A DNA stretch of 64,000 bases from Bilabrum cf. latius (GCA_965178125.1 OZ237736.1:1426001-1490000), one strand, 5' to 3'; positions 13,901-26,792 are shown, numbered from the stretch's first letter. Translations and numbers: made by a program. Notes: generated by a model not told the origin, from the letters alone.

Positions 13901-16900
13901 CTCTCGGGGTCGATGACCAGGGTCGGGTCATGTTCGGGGGCCAGGCTAGTTCCCGGATCTGCGGGAGGGGCAGCAAGCGCACCGGCGGAGAGTACATCGG
14001 CAGCTACGATGGCGCCGACGCTGCCTTTGCCGTGTTTGACTCTGCGTTCCGCGACCGCATCTACTGGCACATCCCTGCGGAAGGTGGCAGCAGGACTCGA
14101 GGGTCCGCTGACGCCGTGTCTGGCCTCGGCGGCACGATGGCTGCCGTGGTGCGGGCGAAGCGGGGGCAGTTCGAGACCACCGACACGGGGTACCAGCTGA
14201 CCCCGCTGCGCGCTGAGAACGAGCAGTACGACAGGAACCACGCATACCTGGCTATCTGGCAGGCGCCCACGATCGACTATGCTGTCTGCAATCCTCTGGA
14301 TTTCAGGGAGCCACCGGTCGCCATTACCAAGGCCCGGCTGACGCTCGCCCGCACCGAGGTCGTGGTGAGTCTGGATCAGGACTCCGACCGCGGCAGGGCG
14401 TACGGTCTTCCCCTCGCGCGCTGGTTTGCGTGCGAGGATGTGTTCGACCAGCGCTCTGCCAGGCTGCTCGACGGGCGGCAAGGGGGCTCCTCTCAGGGCA
14501 CAGCAGCCAGCTGCCGATTCTCGACGTCGAGCGAACTGCGAGTGCGGCTCGGTTCAGAGTCGGTCGTCCAGCCCGGGGACTACGTGCAGTTCCGCGGCGG
14601 GCGCATCTTCTCGGCGAGGGCTCGCTCGCTCAGCAGCACGAGCGCCGCTGAGGTGCAGCCTCCCTTCGGCGAGGCCGTGGCTCAGGCGAAGATCAGGTGC
14701 CCGAAGCGCGTCTCGTATTGCGATGACGCCATCCTGGACGGGAGGCAGTCGCTCGCCGGGCTAGGGGGAGACCGCAGCCAGCTTACCTACCGCTGGCAGC
14801 TCGTCTCGCCCGAGGTTCGCACGGCCGGGGATCAGACCGACAGGCTCATCAGTTTCTTGGCGCAGCAGGGCAACGACAAGCCGCTCATCCGCGTTCCCTC
14901 TGACCTCATGCGGCAGGGCACGAAGCACCGCTTCACTCTCGTCGTGGACAACCGGCCCATGTCGGAGCAAGAGGCCAACCCAAATCCCAGCCCTGGGATC
15001 CCAGACATCGCGCTGACGTACCGCGACAGCGACTCGTGCAGCTTCGACAAGGAGAGCACGATTTTCCCTCTGCTTCGAGCGGGCAACCCAGACAAGCAGC
15101 CTCCCAGGAGCGGCCTGGCCTACCGCCTGGCGGTGTAGCCGGAGTTTCCTGGATGTGCCGACCCGCAGGAGCTGTCCTATCGGTGGCACGTGTCTATCCT
15201 TGACAGGCGCCCAGAGCAAGACCGCCACGCCTCTGTGATCGCCGGTGACGCGCGCACCGAGGCGATCGTGTCTGGCGCCCAAAGTCCGTCTGTGTTCTTC
15301 CCTCCCGGCTCCATCTGGGGCAACCGGCTGTACAACGTGACGGCAGTCTCTTGGTTTACGGCCACGCCTGCGAACAGGGACTCCGTCACTGAGCTATTCA
15401 CGCCTACCCTGCGCCGTCTGGTCGCTTTGGTCCGCGGTGGTGCAGCGCAGGGAGGATCATTGGAAGACAGGACCGTCGTGGCTGACGTGGAGACGGTACT
15501 TGACGGGAGCAGGTCCTTCGATCCTGACGAACCCGCAGACCCTCGGGAGCTGCAGTTCGAGTGGAGTTGCAGGGACCACCAGAATGACGACCGTCCGTGC
15601 TCGTTTGCCAGCGGCGCAGAAGACCCCACAGCCGACGCATCGGCGGTCACGCCACGCCTGCGCATCCCTGCCGGCACTCTCCTGGACCGCACGCGGTACG
15701 AGTTCGTGCTGCGTGTGTTCAAGCGCGACTCGCCCTTCGATCGGGAGGCCCGTCTCGCCGAGGACTTCACGCGGCTGACCGTGGGGCAGAGCGCTACGCC
15801 CGTCGTGACGATTGAGGCACCCGCCGCAGTGAACGTGCACACGGCCACAAAGATCAGGGCCAGGGCATTCAGCAACCACCCGCCGATGTCGTATCGGTGG
15901 AACGTGGTGCAGACGAGGGATGGAAGCAGCACCGCCTCCTCCTCCTCGCAGTCTCCCACGGAGCTGGCTTCGCTGCGCGTGGAGCGTCCATTCATTACGA
16001 TTCAGCCGTTCACTCTGCGATCCGAGAACGAGTACGAGGCTCGCATCACGGCCACTGACAGCCGTGCGCAGGGACTCGGTGGGCCTGCCTCTGGGACGGG
16101 CACACTAGAGTTGGTGCCGAATGCCCCTCCCCGCCTCGTGTCTGCGGGGGGGTCGAGCACCGGGCCGTCATTTTCGCCGTCGAGCGGGACCGAGTTCAAC
16201 ACGTCCTTCACGCTGGACTGCGGCGTGTGGGAGGACAATGATGCACCCGTCACCATCACCGTCCTGTTTCGGGATTTCAGGGGCCGGTGGACCCCACTAC
16301 GGACCGGCGTGCCTGCGGGCGAGTCGATCAGCGGCCTGCTTCTTCCGAAGGGCTACTCTGCTGGCAGCTCTCTGCAGGTGGTCTGCAGGGCGGAGGATGC
16401 CCGCGGCGGCCGCGCGGAGCAGCTGGTCACCGTGCAGGTGGACGAGAGCCCCAACGTGGTGGACCTGGTCATGCACGTGTTCAGGTCGGGCGCGCACCTC
16501 GCCAACCTCGAGGTGTTCCCCGCGGCGCTGCGTCGCCTGGAGGAGGCCGAAATCGCGAGGTTCGACTCGTAGCAGAGCGGAACCGTGAGGCGGGCGCAGG
16601 GAACAGAGGGCGAGTAGTCGTCCTTCTCGGAGGGGTTGCGTCTGTTCGGCATGGCCTTCGAGCGGTCCCAGCCCGAGGATCCCGCGTCGATAGAGGCCGC
16701 TGCTGTGGCGGCCGAGTCGGCGCTGGCGGTAGAAGAGGCTGCACCCGGCACTGTGGACCGCGGGCAGCTCCAGAATCTGGTGACGGCGTCGCTAGCCGGC
16801 TTTGCTGCAAGCGGACAGACGGCGCTGGAGGGCACAAGAGCAGCAAATGTGTCGGCATCCCTGCAGAAGGCCCTTATTGACATCGGAGACGTGAGTGGCA

Positions 16901-18276
16901 GCACTGGTGGCGGTCCGTCGCAGGGCGGGTCCCGGAGGGGGTCCTTGGAGGCCTCCTTGTCTCTTCTGCAAGCTGATGCTCTGGGCTGCGGGGAGGAATC
17001 GACGGGCGAGGGTGGCAGCATCCTGCAGAGAGGTTTCGCTGAGGACTTTGATGGCTTCTCTGGGGGATCGGCCGGGTCGCTCACGGCGCAAGGTTCGGGT
17101 GCTGAGCTGCGCGGGTCTTTCGAAGCAGACGAAGAGTCAGTGCGTGCGCTGCTCGGCGGCGTGGACCGCTGCATTGCACTGGCGAGGGGCGGGGCCGAGG
17201 GCCCACTGCGGGGCTCGCACGTCGGGGCAGCGCTGGATGCCGCAAGAGCGAACGAGTCGGGCACGGGGCCTTGGTTCCCTCCTCGGGACCGTGGCACCTT
17301 TCGAACTCTACTTGCAGCGGCGCAGGCAGCCGTGACCGATGCCGACGTGGACGGCCAGCCCGGTGGCCCGTTCGACGTGTCTGACCGCGTCTTCGTGGCT
17401 GTGCTGGGTGATAACGGGGTTGTCGAGCGGCCTGCCGTTCCGCTTAATGTGACTGTGGACATCACAAGGGCCCAATGGCGCGTGGGTGCTATGGCGTCAG
17501 GAGCCATGGGTGCGTGGGAGCCGCAGGACGGGCAGGCGATTGGCCTCTTGCCCGTGCTGTCCATGGGATAGGCTGTCAGCAGCAGGCGGCTGCAAGGACA
17601 GGATGCAGGCGCTATCGCGTGCGATGGCGTGGCGGTGGCCGGTGGGAGTGCGTCCGCAAGCAGCGCGGTGGCTTCCGTCTGCGAGGCGACTGGAGCGACC
17701 GTTGTGTCGGGCGATGGACAGTAGACAGCTGTTCTCGAGGCAGCATCGGCCGCTGAGAGCATTTGGACCGAGGCTGAGCAGGCTGGGTCCGGTGACCCCT
17801 TGCTGCGGGTCACGTGCGAGTGCCACGACAGCGCGCTCGTGTCCTTACAGATGAGCCAGGACCTCACGGCGCTTGCAGCAGCCCCGCCAGTGCCACCGGC
17901 CGCCTCCCCATCTACCAGCCCAGCTCCCGGAGACGGCAGTACCCCGCCGGACGGGAGTGGTGACGATGGTGGGGACGGCAACGACGGTGTCGGTGCGGGG
18001 CTTATCGCAGGCGTCGTCGTTGGTGCCCTGGTGTGCGTGGCAGCTCTGGTGGCTGGCGTGTGGTACTTCAGCAACCAGGGTACCAACGGTGGGTCTGCAC
18101 CCTGTTCCGCTGGTAGTGCTGCTGCCGGTGGAAGTGGAGCGGCAGCATACCAGGTTAAGCCTGAGCAGGGTGGGCATACGAAAGGTCGCTCAGTGGCTCC
18201 CGCCGACAGCAAAGAGGCATCAACCAGGGCAGCTGGGTTTGGAGGCAGCAATCCGATGCAGGCGCAGCAGGTCTGA
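10968..18276 (+). CDS. Large type-I membrane protein (~2317 aa): signal peptide, beta-propeller-like region, REJ/PKD-like region, GPS-like motif, single TM
   Basis: Signal peptide MLLHAALSASLAMTATA. Introns 11101-11293 and 11427-11588 are phase-compatible. REJ-like motifs LDGSRSFDPD..LQFEWSC and F.LDCGVWED.D.P; GPS-like TCECHDSALVSLQM; TM LIAGVVVGALVCVAALVAGVWYF. Standard-code ORFs are joined by in-frame TAG at 11323, 15136, 16570, 16615, 17569 and 17722. Ends at TGA. Confidence 0.8.
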
Positions 18277-18500
18277 GGAGACTCGCGGCTGCCTGCACAC
18301 AGGATTGCCAGTAGAGGTAGATGGCGCGAAGAAGGCATCGTCCTTCCTACGCCGCACGTCTCCTCACACAGGTTGGAAGAAAATTCAAAACAATATGAAC
18401 TTTTCATATATCCGTTCAGCATCAATTCACAGCTTACTAACATTACTCGCAGCGCTGGCTCAATCGATCCCTTTGGATCATGCGCTTCTCGGATCCAGAG

Positions 18501-21500
18501 TCACTTGCCGGACCGCAGCATTCGAGACAGAGCAGCAATCTGCATCTTCCCGCCTTCGATCTGCGCGTCGGCGTTCGCAAGCTTCTTCTTCAGGCCGTCG
18601 ATGGCGCCTTGCTAGGCCCTCAGCCTAAGCTCAGTCCTACGCAGCGTCTCGCTCAGCTGGTCAACTCGCAACCGCTCCGTCCGAGCTGTCTCGTTGGCGC
18701 GGTCCACTTGCAGTTTCGCGTGCTTCTTGACATCCTCGATCACCTGCCTATCTGCTATGATGTGCTCCGGCGTTGCACCTGGGCTGCCCATCCCTGGGCG
18801 AGATACGAGGCTGTCCCAAGTTCGGAAGGGGGTACCCTCGCCGGAGGCAGCCCCGCCGTCTCGCTGGCCTCGCATCGGAGTGGAGACAGCGTCTGCTTTG
18901 GCTGGAGCCTGCCTGCGCTGCAGATCTTCGATCTGACCCTGGGCATTGGCCAGGCTCTCCAGCAAACGATCCACACGAGCCGCAAGCCCGTCTCGCTGCT
19001 GTTCTAAGTCGGCAGCCCTGGCCCTCAGCTGTCCCTCCAGCTCGCGCTTTCCCGCTTCCTGCTCACCGGCCCTCCGCAGAGTGAGCTCAAGCTCCTCCTT
19101 GACCTCAACCAGGTCCTCCTCCAGCCGTGCCACCTCGTGCTATCTCGTCCTCTCGGCATCTTTCAGCTTGCTCTGCAACTCCCTGATCTCACTCGCCTGG
19201 ACCGACTGCATCCCAGCGGCGTTGCTCTCGTGCAGGTGAGCCTCAGAGGCCACCTCCTCCAGTCGGCGCCTCAGCTCTCCGGCCTCTGCCTCAGCCTGCG
19301 TGGCACGACGGTCCAGCTGCCTGCGGTCCTCCTCGAGAGATGAAACCACGGCGTTGAGGCTCTCTTTCTCGTCCCGCAGGTCCCTCGCCTGCTGCTCCGC
19401 GCGGTTTGCTGCATCCTTCAAGCGCGCCAGCTGCTTCTCGGTGGCCTGGGTCTGGTCGCCCTAAAGACGCTCTTTGTCGATGGCCTAGCTTCGCAGAGAC
19501 TCCACCACCCCGCGAGTGGTCTGCAGCTCCTCTTGCAGCTGCACGATCTCGGCTTCAAGCGCTGCTGCCTTCGATTCGCTAGAGTCTAGCTTGGCCTTCA
19601 GCTCGCCCTAGTCCTCGGCGAAGCGCTCCTTGCTCTGCTCCAGCTCTGCCTTCGCTGCCGAGGCCTTGTCTTCCGCCCCCTGAATACGAGCGTCGGCTTT
19701 TTGCTCCATCTCCTCCAAGCGCGCCGCTAGCTACCGCTCTGAGGCAGCAAGCTATTCGTTGGCCTCGTGCAGCTTCGCTGCAAAAGCGTCCACACGCGTC
19801 TACGATTGCTAATTTGTTTCCTTCGACGATTGACGGAACTCCTCAAGCTACTTGCGAGCATCGTCCGCATCTCCCTGGGAAGCCTCTAGAGCTTCTCTAA
19901 GTTCAGAAATGCGCGACTCAAGAGTCGTAGTCTCAGCGCTGCCCTGGTTCGCAGCCTTCACCGCCGCTAGCACCTCATCGCGCCCCGCTTGGACATCACG
20001 CACCTGTTGCTGCAGCTCCCCTATTCTTGTTGTTTGCTCCTTGTTCACCTTTCGTTGGGCCTCGAGCTTGGCTTTCATATCTTTTAAGGCATCTAACGCC
20101 TTACGCAGCTTCTTCGTAAACTTGCCGACTAACTCATCGTGCGACGCCACCTACTACTGCTACTCCAAACCTAGCCCTTTAAGCTCGGCCTGCAGCTTGC
20201 TCTCGCTCGCTTCCCCATCGGCCACAGCCTTCTCATGCGCCGCCTTGGCCGCTGCCAGCTCCTGCTCCACATCGCTCACCCGAGCTCGAGACGCATCCAG
20301 CTCGCGACGCAGCTCATCCGTGCTGCTGCTGCCCTCGGCCACAGCCTTCTCATGCGCCGCCTTGGCCGCTGCCAGCTCGGCCTGCAGCTTGCTCTCGCTC
20401 GCTTCCCCATCGGCCACAGCCTTCTCATGCGCCGCCTTGGCCGCTGCCAGCTCCTGCTCCACATCGCTCACCCGAGCTCGAGACGCATCCAGCTCGCGAC
20501 GCAGCTCATCCGTGCTGCTGCTGCCCTCGGCCACAGCCTTCTCATGTGCCGCCTTGGCCGCTGCCAGCTCCTGCTCCACATCGCCCACCCGAGCCCGAGA
20601 CGCATCCAGCTCGCGACGCAGCTCATCCGTGCTGCTGCTGCCCTCGGCCACAGCCTGCTCATGCGATGCCTTGGCCGCTGCCAGCTCGGCCTGCAGCTTG
20701 CTCTCGCTCGCCTGACCATCGGCCACAGCCTTCTCATGCGCCGCCTTGGCCGCTGCCAGCTCGGCCTGCAGCTTGCTCTCGCTCGCCTGCCCATCGGTCA
20801 CAGCCTTCTCATGCGCCGCCTTGGCCGCTGCCAGCTCCTGCTCCACATCGCCCACCCGAGCCCGAGACGCATCCAGCTCGCGACGCAGCTCATCCGTGCT
20901 GCTGCTGCCCTCGGCCACAGCCTTCTCATGCGCCGCCTTGGCCGCTGCCAGCTCCTGCTCCACATCGCTCACCCGAGCCCGAGACGCATCCAGCTCGCGA
21001 CGCAGCTCATCCGTGCTGCTGCTGCCCTCGGCCACAGCCTGCTCATGCGCCGCCTTGGCCGCTGCCAGCTCGGCCTGCAGCTTGCTCTCGCTCGCCTGAC
21101 CATCGGCCACAGCCTTCTCATGCGCCGCCTTGGCCGCTGCCAGCTCGGCCTGCAGCTTGCTCTCGCTCGCCTGCCCATCGGCCACAGCCTTCTCATGCGC
21201 CGCCTTGGCCGCTGCCAGCTCCTGCTCCACATCGCCCACCCGAGCTCGAGACGCATCCAGCTCGCGACGCAGCTCATCCGTGCTGCTGCTGCCCTCGGCC
21301 ACAGCCTTCTCATGCGCCGCCTTGGCCGCTGCCAGCTCGGCCTGCAGCTTGCTCTCGCTCGCCTGCCCATCGGCCACAGCCTTCTCATGTGCCGCCTTGG
21401 CCGCTGCCAGCTCCTGCTCCACATCGCCCACCCGAGCTCGAGACGCATCCAGCTCGCGACGCAGCTCATCCGTGCTGCTGCTGCCCTCGGCCACAGCCTT

Positions 21501-24428
21501 CTCATGTGCCGCCTTGGCCGCTGCCAGCTCCTGCTCCACATCGCCCACCCGAGCCCGAGACGCATCCAGCTCGCGACGCAGCTCATCCGTGCTGCTGCTG
21601 CCCTCGGCCACAGCCTTCTCATGCGCCGCCTTGGCCGCTGCCAGCTCCTGCTCCACATCGCCCACCCGAGCTCGAGACGCATCCAGCTCGCGACGCAGCT
21701 CATCCGTGCTGCTGCTGCCCTCGGCCACAGCCTTCTCATGCGCCGCCTTGGCCGCTGCCAGCTCCTGCTCCACATCGCCCACCCGAGCCCGAGACGCATC
21801 CAGCTCGCGACGCAGCTCATCCGTGCTGCTGCTGCCCTCGGCCACAGCCTTCTCATGCGCCGCCTTGGCCGCTGCCAGCTCCTGCTCCACATCGCCCACC
21901 CGAGCCCGAGACGCATCCAGCTCGCGACGCAGCTCATCCGTGCTGCTGCTGCCCTCGGCCACAGCCTTCTCATGCGCCGCCTTGGCCGCTGCCAGCTCGG
22001 CCTGCAGCTTGCTCTCGCTCGCCTGCCCATCGGCCACAGCCTTCTCATGCGCCGCCTTGGCCGCTGCCAGCTCCTGCTCCACATCGCCCACCCGAGCTCG
22101 AGACGCATCCAGCTCGCGACGCAGCTCATCCGTGCTGCTGCTGCCCTCGGCCACAGCCTTCTCATGCGCCGCCTTGGCCGCTGCCAGCTCGGCCTGCAGC
22201 TTGCTCTCGCTCGCCTGCCCATCGGCCACAGCCTTCTCATGTGCCGCCTTGGCCGCTGCCAGCTCCTGCTCCACATCGCCCACCCGAGCCCGAGACGCAT
22301 CCAGCTCGCGACGCAGCTCATCCGTGCTGCTGCTGCCCTCGGCCACAGCCTGCTCATGCGCCGCCTTGGCCGCTGCCAGCTCCTGCTCCACATCGCCCAC
22401 CCGAGCCCGAGACGCATCCAGCTCGCGACGCAGCTCATCCGTGCTGCTGCTGCCCTCGGCCACAGCCTTCTCATGCGCTGCCTTGGCCGCTGCCAGCTCC
22501 TGCTCCACATCGCCCACCCGAGCTCGAGACGCATCCAGCTCGCGACGCAGCTCATCCGTGCTGCTGCTGCCCTCGGCCACAGCCTTCTCATGCGCCGCCT
22601 TGGCCGCTGCCAGCTCCTGCTCCACATCGCCCACCCGAGCCCGAGACGCATCCAGCTCGCGACGCAGCTCATCCGTGCTGCTGCTGCCCTCGGCCACAGC
22701 CTGCTCATGCGCCGCCTTGGCCGCTGCCAGCTCGGCCTGCAGCTTGCTCTCGCTCGCCTGCCCATCGGCCACAGCCTTCTCATGTGCCGCCTTGGCCGCT
22801 GCCAGCTCCTGCTCCACATCGCCCACCCGAGCTCGAGAGGCATCCAGCTCGCGACGCAGCTCATCCGTGCTGCTGCTGCCCTCGGCCACAGCCTTCTCAT
22901 GCGCCGCCTTGGCCGCTGCCAGCTCGGCCTGCACCTTGCTCTCGCTCGCCTGACCATCGGCCACAGCCTTCTCATGCGCCGCCTTGGCCGCTGCCAGCTC
23001 GGCCTGCAGCTTGCTCTCGCTCGCCTGCCCATCGGCCACAGCCTTCTCATGCGCCGCCTTGGCCGCTGCCAGCTCCTGCTCCACATCGCCCACCCGAGCT
23101 CGAGACGCATCCAGCTCGCGACGCAGCTCATCCGTGCTGCTGCTGCCCTCGGCCACAGCCTTCTCATGCGCCGCCTTGGCCGCTGCCAGCTCCTGCTCCA
23201 CATCGCCCACCCGAGCCCGAGAGGCATCCAGCTCGCGACGCAGCTCATCCGTGCTGCTGCTGCCCTCGGCCACAGCCTTCTCATGCGCCGCCTTGGCCGC
23301 TGCCAGCTCGGCTTGGATGTCACTAATCGCAGTAGCAGAGCGTGAAGTCTCTTCGAATTCTGACTCAAGCTTCTGATTTTTTCGTCGCGCTGCCTCCAAA
23401 GCCTGTTTAAGCATCCTAGTTTCCTACTTATGCACGTCTCTATGCTCTTGCATTGATTTTTGCGCTGATTCGAGGTCGGCCTTCATCGATGTCAGTCTGT
23501 CTTCCGCTTCCTTGGCATGGGCTTGTGCTCGTGCTCGCGCCCCAGTCTCCGCCAGCACTAGCCCCTCTAACTCCTCCACCTTTCGCTACGCTGCCTTGCA
23601 ATCTACCCTGGCTCGTTCGAGACCCTCTCGCTCGGCGCTGGTGAAGTCAGTGGTGCTGCCGGCACTCAGGCCAGCCATCAAGGCAGCAGTGCCCTGGGTG
23701 CCTGTCGTGCTCGCGGTGCCAACAGACATCCCGTCACCACCCTATGCGAGCGCTTTCTTTAGCCTCTTGTTCTCCGATCGGATTCCTTTGTATCTCTCGA
23801 GGAGCTCTCTCATTTTGCGGAGCATGGCGGCGTTTTCATCGCGGAGCTCCTCGCGCTCCTTCCTCTGCCGATCTGATGCAGACTTAACGCTATCAAGCTC
23901 AGAGCGCATGCTTGCAAGGGCAGATGCACTACCCGCATCGTGGCCACTGGCAGCGCTGGGTGCACCGGCTCGAGACGGGCCTGCCTTGCTATCCACGCCA
24001 AGCAAGTCGACTTCAGTGGATTCATCCTCGCCGGCTGGCCTGGGTGCTTTGAGGCTCTAGATTGCCTTCACCACTTGTCTTAGTTCATTCTCACTGACTG
24101 GCTGGCTAGTTTCTGAGTGAAGCTGCTTCTGAAGAGCATCATCAGCAATAGAAGCCGGCAGCTATGATCGCACGAAATCTCGAAGCATGTCACGCTCTTG
24201 GATGACCCGCATTGCTCTACTACGACCAGTTGATGGTTGCGATACTTTGCTAGTTTCGGTCTCCCCTAAAGTGCTCCTGTTGGTTCCGGCTCTTCCAGTT
24301 GCTGGCGTGGCAGCGGCCCCGGATGCACCCTTCGCTTTCGTGGCTGGATCGGGGGATTTGACTGCATCAGCCAATCTATCAGCGAAGCTCATAGCGCTTT
24401 TTCCGACATTCCCAAAAAAATTGTCCAT
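18501..24428 (-). CDS. Giant coiled-coil protein with central tandem repeat array (~1975 aa), golgin/cytoskeletal-like
   Basis: One E/K/A/L/Q-rich frame from ATG 24428 (MDNFFGNVGK) to TGA 18501-18503. It contains 18 in-frame TAG codons and no in-frame TAA or TGA. Confidence 0.82.
20187..23309 (-). repeat. Coding array of two related units: 117-bp unit A x19 and 75-bp unit B x12
   Basis: A = ELAAAKAAHEKAVA-EGSSSTDELRRELDASRARVGDVEQ (39 aa); B = ELAAAKAAHEKAVA-DGQASESKLQA (25 aa). 19x39 + 12x25 = 1041 aa, which matches the ORF length. Confidence 0.95.
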
Positions 24429-24574
24429 AACTCTCCGCCCAGCAGCAGTGCAAAGATGCCAATGTTTCAACGTGTGCGCGAGCAAACAGCACCCAACAAC
24501 AAATCGGAGCGTGTGGGTGCAACTCAGCAAATATAGAAAAGAGTTTGCCACAGTTCTGGCTAGTCAAGCTGTTT

Positions 24575-26503
24575 ATGATTTTATTAGCATCTTTAGTCCT
24601 TGCTGCAGCAGCTACAGCGTCAAGTTCGTTGTATGTGAGCGTTCACGGCAGCGATCTTGCCTCAGGAACGTCTCCAACCGAAGCGTGGCGTACGCTAGCA
24701 AGGGCTAGCAACCACACATACAGTAGTGGTGACCAACTCCTCCTAGAGAGAAGTAGCTTCTGGCTCGACGACCCGTTGCGAGTGGATGTTGCATCCGCAG
24801 CAGGCGTCCGCATCGGAGCCTATGGCAACCAGTCGTAGCCAAGGCCAATGATAGAGCTATCTCGGCCGGCGAAAGCATCTGAGGCATCATCATGTGTGAT
24901 TGTTTCCGATCCAGGGAACGGGTTGACGGTCGAAAACCTGCATATCGCTGGCTGTGCATTTGGACTGGTCCTGCTGCATTCTTCAAGCGACAACTCCTCT
25001 GACGTCAATATCAGCAACAATTTCTTTCGGGACATTCGCCAGGCTTTCGAAGGGTACACTCCGTCCGCTGGGAGGTGGGGCGAGGCAATCACGCTCCGAT
25101 CTGTCGTGCCTTAGTCGTCCGAGTCTGCTCTGGGCAGTCCAACGGCCACGTCGACCAACCTCGTGGTCCGAAACAATATCGCGCTGAGGACCAGCGTATT
25201 TTACGGCGGCGGCGGCAGTCAGGTCTTCGTGGATGGCCTTCAGCTGCGCGCCAACACCGTGGAGAATTGCGGGGGCAACTGCTACTCGATCGGAGGCGCC
25301 ACGGGCGTCGTCCTGGAGGACTCGGTCTTTCTGCGAGACAGGCCAGACAGGTTCTTCATCTACGGCACCACCGACGTCATATTCGGTTCGGTGCAGGGCG
25401 AGAATGCCGTGCGGAACAACGACTTCAACAGGCGCGGGGAGACCGAGGGCGGGCCTGACGGCTGCGCCGTGGACTTCGAGACGAGCGCCACGGGAGTGCA
25501 GGTCACAGGGAACACATTCTCGCACTCGTGGGGCGCCGGCATCATGATTTTCGGACACGCCACCACCTCGCACGGGCTGAACATCTCGGACAACGTGTTT
25601 GACCAGGCGGGCTGCGAGCAGGTCCGCAACGACCACGCCGGCATCGCGATCATGTGCCCCAACGGGTAGAAGCCCTCGGGCACCATCGAGGGCAACCAGT
25701 TCCAGACGTGCGAGTCGGGGCTGGTGCCTGCCATATGGGCCAACCCCGCAGTGCCGGGGTGCAACTCGAGCATTCAGTTCGCGCGGAACTACATTGACGT
25801 GACTGCCATCGTGCAACCGCCCCGCATCTCCATCGACCCGACTTTGGCCACGCAGCATGTGCTGCCGTTCAAGGCGGTCTCCGACACTCAGGGCGCCACT
25901 ATCAGATACACGCTAGACGGCAGCCGCCCGACATAGACCTCCCCTGAGCTGCCCGAGGGCGGTAGCGTCCCCCTCCCGTGGCCCTCGGCTGCCACGGCGG
26001 TGAACGTGCGTGCCTTCAAGGAGAACATGCTGCCCTCCGTGACCAACGGGAAGGTAATCGAGCTGGACAGGGCCTTCCCTCTCCCCACGCAGTACATGAG
26101 AGGCAATTTTGATGGGCTGAGGCAGCCGAGCCCTGCGAGGGGGCGCGGGGTGGCACTGGCAGGTGCTGCACCTCCGTGCGCGTTCGGCTGGGTGGTGGAC
26201 CCCACCATGCAGGGCGGGGGCGTGCCTCCGGTGAACGTGAGCGTCATTGTGGACGGAAGCGATGTACCCCTGGTGGAGTTGGTCGCAAATGTGAACAGGC
26301 CGGACCTGGTCAAAGCCGGCGTGGCACCCAACCCGGAGCACGGCTTCGAGGTGTGCTTCTCGCCGGAGCAGTGGGCCCCATTGCAGCGGGGGCTCCACAG
26401 GCTTCAGTTCGAGGCGGTGGGCTCGCCGCAGACGACTCCGATCGGGTGGGATCTGCCGCAGTCGCCGATTTGCGTGTACAATGGCAAGCCAACGGCGTGC
26501 TGA
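24575..26503 (+). CDS. Secreted right-handed beta-helix (pectin-lyase-like) protein with chitobiase/FN3-like and C-terminal beta domains (~642 aa), intronless
   Basis: Signal peptide, then YVSVHGSD..GTSPTEAWRTL, GD.LLL.R, IGAYG..[Q]PRP.I, DGCAVDFE, Asn-ladder repeats, IRYTLDGSRPT[Q]TSP and V.VRAFK. In-frame TAG at 24836, 25112, 25667 and 25934. Ends at TGA. Confidence 0.8.
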
Positions 26504-26792
26504 ACCTGATCGTGCTTGATACCTTCTACTTGCTTGCTTGCTTGCTTGCTTGAGCCGAATCATACCTTCTCGTGCTGACCTCGCTATGCTGCCGGGACCA
26601 CATCCTGTTTAGGCAGCCGCATCAAGGTAGCCACCGCATTACCCACGTCTGTTGCTGCCACCCCCCCCCCAATCTGCAATCGCACAACGCACCCGATCCG
26701 CTCGTCACATGGTGGGCCATCGCGGGACCTCGAGGAGGTGCAAAGCACGCCTGTTTTGACTTCGGGCAGCTGTCTCAATCCGTTGAATCGCC

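Noticed and set aside
20187-23309. CRISPR-like repeat/spacer appearance
   Set aside because: There are only two recurring 'spacers', all lengths are multiples of 3, the array is protein-coding, and the context is eukaryotic with no cas genes.
20235-23368. Long alternative ORFs over the array (1036, 926, 799 and 607 aa)
   Set aside because: These are shadow frames of a stop-free GC-rich repeat; only the E/A/K-rich frame continues into the unique flanks.
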